DNA of 63,083 nt, counting the filler, from Octopus bimaculoides (lineage: Eukaryota): the NCBI RefSeq assembly GCF_001194135.2. It is 6 parts of 6 records of this genome, joined end to end, with 100 filler letters (N's around TTAATTAATTAA, not from the genome) between each part and the next. Parts side by side here need not be neighbours in the genome. Positions count along the whole stretch, not along the records: positions 51,097 to 56,409 come from NC_068981.1; positions 56,510 to 63,083 come from NC_068993.1; 4 more parts are not named here. The stretch is one strand, 5' to 3'. Shown one piece after another: positions 54,433 to 63,083 of this stretch (positions are counted from its first letter, which is position 1; every line of letters starts with the position of its first letter). The notes below the pieces were generated by a model. The model saw only the letters and a program-made list of their open reading frames with translations. It was not told where the DNA came from and did no database searches. The position numbers and the translations under genes were made by a program.

Positions 54433-55210
54433 CTACATTTTTTTATTGTTTTGTCAATTTCATAATTATGGTCTAGTTTTTAATCAGAGAAGTGGTTAAT
54501 GGAATTTATATGGCAATTTGATATATAGCGTAATTCTTTTTATGGTTTGACCAGCTGTCCANNNNNNNNNNNNNNNNNNNNNNNNNNNNNNNNNNNNNNN
54601 NNNNNNNNNNNNNNNNNNNNNNNNNNNNNNNNNNNNNNNNNNNNNNNNNNNNNNNNNNNNNNNNNNNNNNNNNNNNNNNNNNNNNNNNNNNNNNNNNNNN
54701 NNNNNNNNNNNNNNNNNNNNNNNNNNNNNNNNNNNNNNNNNNNNNNNNNNNNNNNNNNNNNNNNNNNNNNNNNNNNNNNNNNNNNNNNNNNNNNNNNNNN
54801 NNNNNNNNNNNNNNNNNNNNNNNNNNNNNNNNNNNNNNNNNNNNNNNNNNNNNNNNNNNNNNNNNNNNNNNNNNNNNNNNNNNNNNNNNNNNNNNNNNNN
54901 NNNNNNNNNNNNNNNNNNNNNNNNNNNNNNNNNNNNNNNNNNNNNNNNNNNNNNNNNNNNNNNNNNNNNNNNNNNNNNNNNNNNNNNNNNNNNNNNNNNN
55001 NNNNNNNNNNNNNNNNNNNNNNNNNNNNNNNNNNNNNNNNNNNNNNNNNNNNNNNNNNNNNNNNNNNNNNNNNNNNNNNNNNNNNNNNNNNNNNNNNNNN
55101 NNNNNNNNNNNNNNNNNNNNNNNNNNNNNNNNNNNNNNNNNNNNNNNNNNNNNNNNNNNNNNNNNNNNNNNNNNNNNNNNNNNNNNNNNNNNNNNNNNNN
55201 NNNNNNNNNG

Positions 55211-56409
55211 AATTACCCATATCAACAGATACACAAACAAAAACACAAACCAAATTTCAGCAAAGAAAGAATAGGCTGAGCTGAACAAATTAAAAGATGG
55301 CAAAAGTATAACAATCAAAGAGGATGATAAAGGGAGCGCAGTTGTCTTAATGGATACGGTTTACTATATAACTCTAGTACTATCCATATTGGAATACACA
55401 ACATACTATGAAAAGGCCCAACACTACAGTCAGCAGAAAATAATGAGAGACCTAAAATCCATGTTAATCCTATACAGAGAAGGGCCCACCGACAAAGAAT
55501 ATGACTATATGACCTATTTCAAAAGTAAAACCAGTCAATTCTATGGTATTCCCAAGATACACAAAAGTGAGAAAATAGGTAATGCATGCAGGATAGCCAC
55601 AGACATAATAATCAACGTCTCTACTCCTAATGACCTCAAATTGAGACCTATAATAGCAGGTCACGCATGCGAAACCCACCGCTTCAGTAACTTTTTAGAT
55701 ACTCTCTTAAAACCATTCCTGAAGCATGTCCAAAGCTACATAAAGGACGACCTAGATATACTCAATCACTTTCCTGAAGCAATAAACAAAAACACCCTAC
55801 TAGTATCCTTCGATGTAGTCAGCCTCTATTCTAATATCCCCAACAGCCTAAGAATAGAGGCAATTCAGTTCTGGCTAGAGAATTACGTCAACGAACTCCC
55901 ACATCACATCAAAAAAGAATTCGTGACAGAACGACTAACAGTTATCTTAGAGAATAACTACTTCGTCTTCAAAGACAACTTCTATTGACATAAATCGGGG
56001 ACTGCGATGGGTACGAGAATGGCACCCTCCTTTGCTAACCTAGTCATGAGATATCTAGTAATTAGTCTTTATCGTAAGGTTCTAGAAAAATATGGCAGCC
56101 CATTCTCCCTCTACATAGAAAATAACTGGAAGAGATATCTGGATGACTGTTTCATTCTTTGGCATATAGAGAGATTGACTTAAAGAATTATAAATGGACT
56201 TGATGTAAACATTCAATTCACGACGAAACGTCCCTTCCTCGATATCTTCATTAAGAAATCTAACAACGGAATAGAAACAGATATATACTATAAGCCTACG
56301 GACTCCAAGCAATATCTACTGTTCAACTCATGCCACCCCAGACACACCAGAATGAATAGTCCCTTCAACGTAGCATAAAGGATATGTACTATAGTTTCTA
56401 ATGCAAGCA
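55211..56409 (+). mobile_element. Penelope-like element RT remnant (stops and frameshifts, truncated by gaps)
   Basis: ITIKEDDKGSAVVLMD, FYGIPKIHK, LRPIIAG, SFDVVSLYSNIP, NNYFVF...GTAMGTRMAPSFANLVM, WKRYLDDCFILW and YKPTDSKQYLLFNSCHP form the canonical PLE RT motif series. The GIY-YIG domain was not seen (gap). Confidence 0.9.
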
Positions 56410-56880
56410 NNNNNNNNNNNNNNNNNNNNNNNNNNNNNNNNNNNNNNNNNNNNTTAATTAATTAANNNNNNNNNNNNNNNNNNNNNNNNNNNNNNNNNNN
56501 NNNNNNNNNATATATATATATATATATATATACTACATACATATATACTTTTACGTGGAATGGATCAATGTTTCTGTCAGAAATGTCTATGTAAAATAGT
56601 GTACACGTACCCTGCCAAGCCGTCAGCTGATGACACAGTCAACAGTATAGAAGTATAACTAGTTAGGATTTATATACATCGGTGTTGTCAAACTAGTAAT
56701 TTAAAACATTTGAAGCAATGCTGGATGTATAAAATCTATTAAAGCATTTTTATACTGCTTATTGTAAAAATACTTTCATAGCGTTTATACAGTGGTAACG
56801 TCATATCACTTGTTGATGAAAGATATAATAAATATACCACCATATATAAATATACCACCAAAACTGAGTTGTAACAGTTC

Positions 56881-56919
56881 TCGCCTGTAGATAGAAGCTG
56901 TGTGAAACTCGAGTCGCGA
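56881..56919 (+). ncRNA. Hammerhead-like motif (ACTCGAGT family), core variant CTGTAGA
   Basis: TCGC-CTGTAGA-tagaagctgtgt-GAAA-CTCGAG-TC-GCGA. It lies within a ~165-bp repeat (56830-56995) homologous to 60780-60930 in reverse. Confidence 0.4.
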
Positions 56920-59581
56920 AATATAAATTTAGTTTCAATGAACAATATATATTCTATATCGTGTATTGAGCACTCCTCTTCCATTTGTTTGACACAATTC
57001 AAAATTTGTGTGTGTGAGTGTATGTGTGCATATATATGTGTATATATGTATGTNNNNNNNNNNTATAGATAGATAGATAGATATAAGTCTTTGTGCATAT
57101 TTACACACGAACCTACGTATACACATGAATGCATAAATATATAAATATGCATTCGTTCCCCCCACTCACACACACACTCACACGAACACGCACACACACA
57201 CACACACACACACGCATACATACACATATACATAGACACTCTCACAAATACATACACACACTCTCATAAATACACACGCATGCAAGCACACATACATAAA
57301 CACGTAGACTATTTAGGGATGGGGACAAGCTTCTCGTCGAATCAACGGGAATATTTCGTTGTGCAAGAGTTTAGCAAATAGCTCAGTTAAACAGAAATAA
57401 ATCAAATTTCAAAGCGACAGTGTATATATATATATATATGTATATATATGTATATATATGATTTCAATGGCCAACAAAACGAGAATAAATCAAGGCACGT
57501 GTCATATACTTCCTTAATATATATATATATANNNNNNNNNNNNNNNNNNNNNNNNNNNNNNNNNNNNNNNNNNNNNNNNNNNNNNNNNNNNNNNNNNNNN
57601 NNNNNNNNNNNNNNNNNNNNNNNNNNNNNNNNNNNNNNNNNNNNNNNNNNNNNNNNNNNNNNNNNNNNNNNNNNNNNNNNNNNNNNNNNNNNNNNNNNNN
57701 NNNNNNNNNNNNNNNNNNNNNNNNNNNNNNNNNNNNNNNNNNNNNNNNNNNNNNNNNNNNNNNNNNNNNNNNNNNNNNNNNNNNNNNNNNNNNNNNNNNN
57801 NNNNNNNNNNNNNNNNNNNNNNNNNNNNNNNNNNNNNNNNNNNNNNNNNNNNNNNNNNNNNNNNNNNNNNNNNNNNNNNNNNNNNNNNNNNNNNNNNNNN
57901 NNNNNNNNNNNNNNNNNNNNNNNNNNNNNNNNNNNNNNNNNNNNNNNNNNNNNNNNNNNNNNNNNNNNNNNNNNNNNNNNNNNNNNNNNNNNNNNNNNNN
58001 NNNNNNNNNNNNNNNNNNNNNNNNNNNNNNNNNNNNNNNNNNNNNNNNNNNNNNNNNNNNNNNNNNNNNNNNNNNNNNNNNNNNNNNNNNNNNNNNNNNN
58101 NNNNNNNNNNNNNNNNNNNNNNNNNNNNNNNNNNNNNNNNNNNNNNNNNNNNNNNNNNNNNNNNNNNNNNNNNNNNNNNNNNNNNNNNNNNNNNNNNNNN
58201 NNNNNNNNNNNNNNNNNNNNNNNNNNNNNNNNNNNNNNNNNNNNNNNNNNNNNNNNNNNNNNNNNNNNNNNNNNNNNNNNNNNNNNNNNNNNNNNNNNNN
58301 NNNNNNNNNNNNNNNNNNNNNNNNNNNNNNNNNNNNNNNNNNNNNNNNNNNNNNNNNNNNNNNNNNNNNNNNNNNNNNNNNNNNNNNNNNNNNNNNNNNN
58401 NNNNNNNNNNNNNNNNNNNNNNNNNNNNNNNNNNNNNNNNNNNNNNNNNNNNNNNNNNNNNTATATATATATATATACATATGTATGTATTTATTATGTA
58501 TATATATATGTATCTATTTATGTATGTATATATGTATGCATACACATACACACGCGCACAGTTTTGTTCTGAAACGAAGTTCGGAAGATATCGAACTTTG
58601 ACAAGAACGTAAGAAAGTTCGATACTTGAGTCAAGCTGCTATGGATGTTTGGACATATCTAGAATGTTATTATACAATAAGATAATATATATATTTCAAA
58701 ACGTATAATATACTTCTGCTTCTCAAAGCTTTTCGCCTTTCATACTGCGTTTGTGTATTGGGAATTTCTAGATAGCTGTCAAACTAAGACCAATATGCAA
58801 ATTAGCACAGTCTGCGAGAATTAAAATGTATTCACCACATGGATAAACTGTATTTCTTCTCGATATCACAGTCATGGGAGTAACTGACCTCTCAGAAGAA
58901 CTAAAAAGGAAGTTAGAAACTGCACAGTCAGTTCAATATTGTACGGTATTGACTAAGACGTTCGCCGCCCACAAACACACACACTCATACACGCATATTA
59001 TAAAATATTATAATATGGAAATAAATAGATATTTCATAGATGCAACGATAATGTAATCTCACTATACTAACTTTAGAAAAGCACTAAAATATATAGGAAA
59101 TATTCATATTTACGAGTATGCATTAATGTAAAAGCATTGATCGTGTGGCACGAAGACAGTTCATGTTATATATGCATTGAAATATGCATATATGTGGTGG
59201 ATCTCCGTCGCTGGACATTGCGCATTTGTTGTTCGATTAATAGACAATTTGTTCCTGATTTTTCGTTTAAGTAACTGAGGATTCTATAGAGAAGAATACT
59301 CTTAATGTAATTCGTATGAAGAGTTAACGGAACACAGTCTGCGTGACAAAGCTATACCACTTGGATTGAAGGTAAAATCCTCTCGATAGATTCTACACTG
59401 TTTTTGTCTACGCAATTTCACTCAGAATATACTACAACTTTATCGCTCCACTACTGCTTAAATCTCTCTGAGAGATTTAGAAATATTATATTTCTAATTT
59501 TGCTGATCAGTGAATAAACTTCACTATGATAATATAAGTTGCGAGAGCTAGACAAACTTATTCAACCAGCTGGCAGGCTAC

Positions 59582-59625
59582 TTCAGGCTGATGACGAGCA
59601 AAGACTCAGAAACATGTCCCTGAAT
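59582..59625 (+). ncRNA. Minimal type I hammerhead ribozyme
   Basis: TTCAGG-CTGATGA-cGAG(CAAAAGA)CTCa-GAAA-CATG-TC-CCTGAA. Stem I is a perfect 6 bp, extended by ccagc/gctgg (59566-59570 with 59627-59631). The core is canonical, stem III is palindromic (ACATGT) and the triplet is GUC. Confidence 0.78.
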
Positions 59626-60114
59626 GCTGGCTAGGCTGGGTGGAGGAGCTTGTCTCCCCCTCGCAAACTTAAGGACACAGTAATTGTGTCAAGGCCGACA
59701 GGAAGCGGTCCAGCTTCCTAGGGCTAAACGGCAGTAGTGTGTTCCCTTATTGGGATTGTCACATTAAGTTGACAATATACTNNNNNNNNNNNNNNNNNNN
59801 NNNNNNNNNNNNNNNNNNNNNNNNNNNNNNNNNNNNNNNNNNNNNNNNNNNNNNNNNNNNNNNNNNNNNNNNNNNNNNNNNNNNNNNNNNNNNNNNNNNN
59901 NNNNNNNNNNNNNNNNNNNNNNNNNNNNNNNNNNNNNNNNNNNNNNNNNNNNNNNNNNNNNNNNNNNNNNNNNNNNNNNNNNNNNNNNNNNNNNNNNNNN
60001 NNNNNNNNNNNNNNNNNNNNNNNNNNNNNNNNNNNNNNNNNNNNNNNNNNNNNNNNNNNNNNNNNNNNNNNNNNNNNNNNNNNNNNNNNNNNNNNNNNNN
60101 NNNNNNNNNNNNNN

Positions 60115-60570
60115 TGAAACAGCTAAGACTCTACCCCCTGGAGCGAAGGCGGGAGAGGTATGCAGTAATATACATCTGGAAGATCCTGGAAGGAATTGTG
60201 CCAAATTTTGAAATTGAAAGCTACACCAATGCCAGAACGGGACGACACTGCATAGTGCCAAAGACCTCAGCAATGCCATTTCGCTTCAGGACCAGTTACT
60301 GCAACAGTTTGGGTTTCAGGGGCCCACAGCTTTTTAATATTCTCCCAAAGAGCCTGAGGAACCTGCACAAAGTAGATGTAGGGGTTTTTAAATCAAAGCT
60401 GGACCTCTTCCTGTCGAGAGTCTCAGATGAACCTACCTCACGGCAAGAGGTGCAAATGAGGGTAGCTACATCAGACTCCACATATTGGAGGAGGCTCTCA
60501 GTAATAACAGTGTAGCAAAACAGCGGTGCATCAGAATGGCCGCAGCTCTGAGCTGAAACTATAAAAAAAG
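60115..60570 (+). mobile_element. CR1/L2-group LINE 3' end
   Basis: LRLYPLERRRERYAVIYIWKILEGIVPN...SLGFRGPQLFNILPKSLRN...FKSKLDLFLSRVSDEP is the CR1/L2-type C-terminus. It ends in an A-rich tail. Confidence 0.8.
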
Positions 60571-60670
60571 AAATATATGCATATATACATATATGTACAA
60601 ACTTACATATATATGTATATACATGCGAATATATGGGTACAGGGCGTCATAAAACGTAAACAACATGAAC

Positions 60671-61040
60671 TACAAAAACATAGAATACGAACTTGTTTTG
60701 CGAACAATGAAAGAAACAAATGGAAAATAACACAAGTAACATAAAGAACGACCCTTCACCAGTTGTCGGCTGATACTCAAAATGTCAAACGAATGAGAGA
60801 GGAGTGTTCAATACACGCATTGAAACTAAATTTACATTTCACGACTCGAGTTTCACACAGCTGCTATCTACAGGCGAGAACTGTTACAACACAGTTTTGG
60901 TGGTATATTTATATACGGTGATATATCCATATTTCGAACATCAGTCGACAACTGAGGAAGGGTCGTTCATTATGTTACTTGTTTTGTTTCCTATTTGGTT
61001 CTTTCGTTATTTGCAAAAAAAGTTCGTATTCCATGTTTTC

Positions 61041-61043
<3 letters not shown>
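60671..61043. repeat. 104-bp imperfect inverted repeat (60671-60774 / 60940-61043) around a ~165-bp spacer
   Basis: Manual alignment gives ~15 mismatches in 104 nt. Confidence 0.85.
60839..60877 (-). ncRNA. Hammerhead-like motif (ACTCGAGT family), core variant CTGTAGA
   Basis: Minus strand TCGC-CTGTAGA-tagcagctgtgt-GAAA-CTCGAG-TC-GTGA. Confidence 0.4.
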
Positions 61044-61088
<45 letters not shown>

Positions 61089-61124
61089 TTATATAAGTAT
61101 ATATATGTGTATGTGTGTATGTAC

Positions 61125-62110
61125 TGGAGGCCGAGGGACACTATTAAATTGGATTGAACGTTTTCTGGTGAGCAGAAGACAGCGTTCGGTGATAGATGGT
61201 GTTCGATCCAGTTCGATCAAGAGTCATCAGTGGAATCCTTTAAGGTACTACATTGGGTCCACTCCTTTTCCTTATTTACATCAATGACACCATTGACGTC
61301 ATCAAATACAGCAGCAATAGAATTTTTTCACGGGCGACTCTAAGCTTCTGAAGGTAGTCGACGGCAGGAGACCGGATCAATCTCCAATCGGATCTGTTTG
61401 CTGTTATTCTATGTGTGGACAAACACAACATGCATCGAATCGAAAATAAATTTGAATTAATCCACTTCGGTAAAACGGTTGCACTTAAACCACCACAAAA
61501 ACTGCCCTCGGGTGATCACTTCGTAGCATCAAACACTGCTATGGACCTCGGAGTAACTGTCAACAACACCTTAAGCTGGAGTACCTACATAAGCAAGAAA
61601 GTCAACATGGTATACAAGACATGCTCCTGGATCCTTAAGACTTTTCGGTTTAGAGACGCTTTTACCATTATCCTCCTCTTCTCCACCATCCTCACCTTGA
61701 ATAATGTAGTCCACTGTGGTCTCCCAACACGAAACAAAATATAAAAATTGAAGGAGCCCAAGGATCGATCACAAGAAAAATAGACGACATGGCCTTGATT
61801 ATTAGGATCTAGATTATTGAGATTGTTTCGGGAAGTTCAAACTATATTCCCTCCAACGCTGCCGTGGAAATTATTTCAATGGTATTGTCTAAATGATATT
61901 GGCATCAACCTCAAAATTCACCGATGGCTTGCACCCGTCACATCCGTCCTCTACAAAAATCCTGCTCTCATCACATCACAACATTAAGACAGAACTACTT
62001 CACCTCACTAGCCCTGCGCTCTTTAACATCAAGATACATAAAATATGAAAATGATCTCATAACAGTCAAGCAGTCCCCGGACGAAATTCTAAATAACCCA
62101 CCTACATGTA
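61125..62110 (+). mobile_element. Degenerate CR1/L2-group LINE RT fragment
   Basis: LLNWIERFLVSRRQRSVIDG, SG.P.G..LGPLLFLIYIND, NKFELIHFG and DLGVTVNNTLSWSTYI remnants with frameshifts. Confidence 0.75.
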
Positions 62111-62799
62111 TATCTCAGCAAACAATAACTCTTTGCCCGAATGCGATATGGTGCTCAAAGAATGACTGTCATATAAGAAACATCATTAAATGTTTTTCTA
62201 GTAGGTACTATTTATTTAGTCATGACCTCGGCCAGTTATGGCCGAAATTTATCATAGTATCTACGTCTCAAAGTACATATATGTATATATAGAAGCACAT
62301 AAGCAAAGACATTAATCCGTTCATTCATGCGTGCATACATACATACATACATACATACATGCAAATAAAAATACCCCGTTGTTGATGTTGAAATTCCAAT
62401 GAAGGAGTCTTGGATATAGGTTAGAAACCAGCTCTTTCTCTATTGGCGGGAAATCTTGATGTAAAACTGAACAATGATACACACACACACACATACACAC
62501 ACATACACATATATACGTATATAATAAAGTAGATAGACTTGTATATGGAGCCTGATGGTGTAAGCAAATGTTCCCAGTATTGTTTCCATTCTAAATACGT
62601 GCAACTTCGGCGTTAGATTTTTATAGAATGATATGCTAGTTTATATTTTTGAAAGTTTGTATAATAGATACGTTAGGACGCCGATTCATTTAGAATAGGA
62701 TGCCATTTCGCGTACATTTTACGTGAATTGTTGATCCTGAAGCCATCATGGGGTTTAGTAATCGAAAAAAAAAATTGAAATAACTGCAAATAATATTGC

Positions 62800-62990
62800 T
62801 TTTAAATTTTGGCACAAGGAAAACAATTTTGCGAGAGGAGATTAGTCGATTACATCGACCTTAGTGCTCAACTGATACTTATTCTATCGACCGGAAAGGA
62901 TGAAAGCCAAAGTCAACCTCGACGGAATTTGAACTCAGAACGTAAAAACAGACGAAATGCCGTAAAGCATTCTGCCAGCTCATCGCCTTA
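62800..62990. mobile_element. Short interspersed repeat family B copy
   Basis: aaattttggcacaagg...gtcgattacatcgacc..gtgctcaactg..cttattctatcgacc.gaaaggatgaaag.caaagtc.acctcg.cggaatttgaactcagaacg. Confidence 0.78.
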
Positions 62991-63046
62991 TGTTTGCAAA
63001 TAATATAAATAATCTTTGGGATGATAGTAAAAATACCAGGTTTAAA

Positions 63047-63083
<37 letters not shown>

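Noticed and set aside
58867-58921. Exon-like segment MGVTDLSEELKRKLETA
   Set aside because: Isolated, weak donor (gtcagt) and no recognisable homology.

Overview
AT-rich, microsatellite-dense, gap-ridden animal genomic DNA with many N runs and artificial TTAATTAATTAA scaffold linkers. The repeat motifs resemble coleoid cephalopod (Octopus-like) SINE/LINE families; this is inferred from recalled motifs, not from a database search. Almost all long ORFs in the track are artefacts of N runs or simple repeats. The only recognisable host gene is two minus-strand coding exons of ZGPAT (48673-48769 and 46630-46799), on a ~6.4-kb segment bounded by scaffold linkers. The rest is mobile-element debris. 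It includes two distinct Penelope-like element (PLE) RT remnants, one of them Naiad-like with a twin-priming-style inversion; R4/Dong-like RLE LINE pieces; RTE and CR1/L2 LINE fragments; a full-length degenerate Tc1/mariner (maT-like) element; a mariner MITE; an 8-bp-TSD MITE carrying (CCCTAA)n nested in a SINE; and many SINEs. The most interesting signal is a set of several unrelated minimal type I hammerhead-ribozyme motifs in short non-coding repeats (44664, 59582, 849/56881/60839, 53722). These suggest multiple PLE-dependent, retrozyme-like non-autonomous families.
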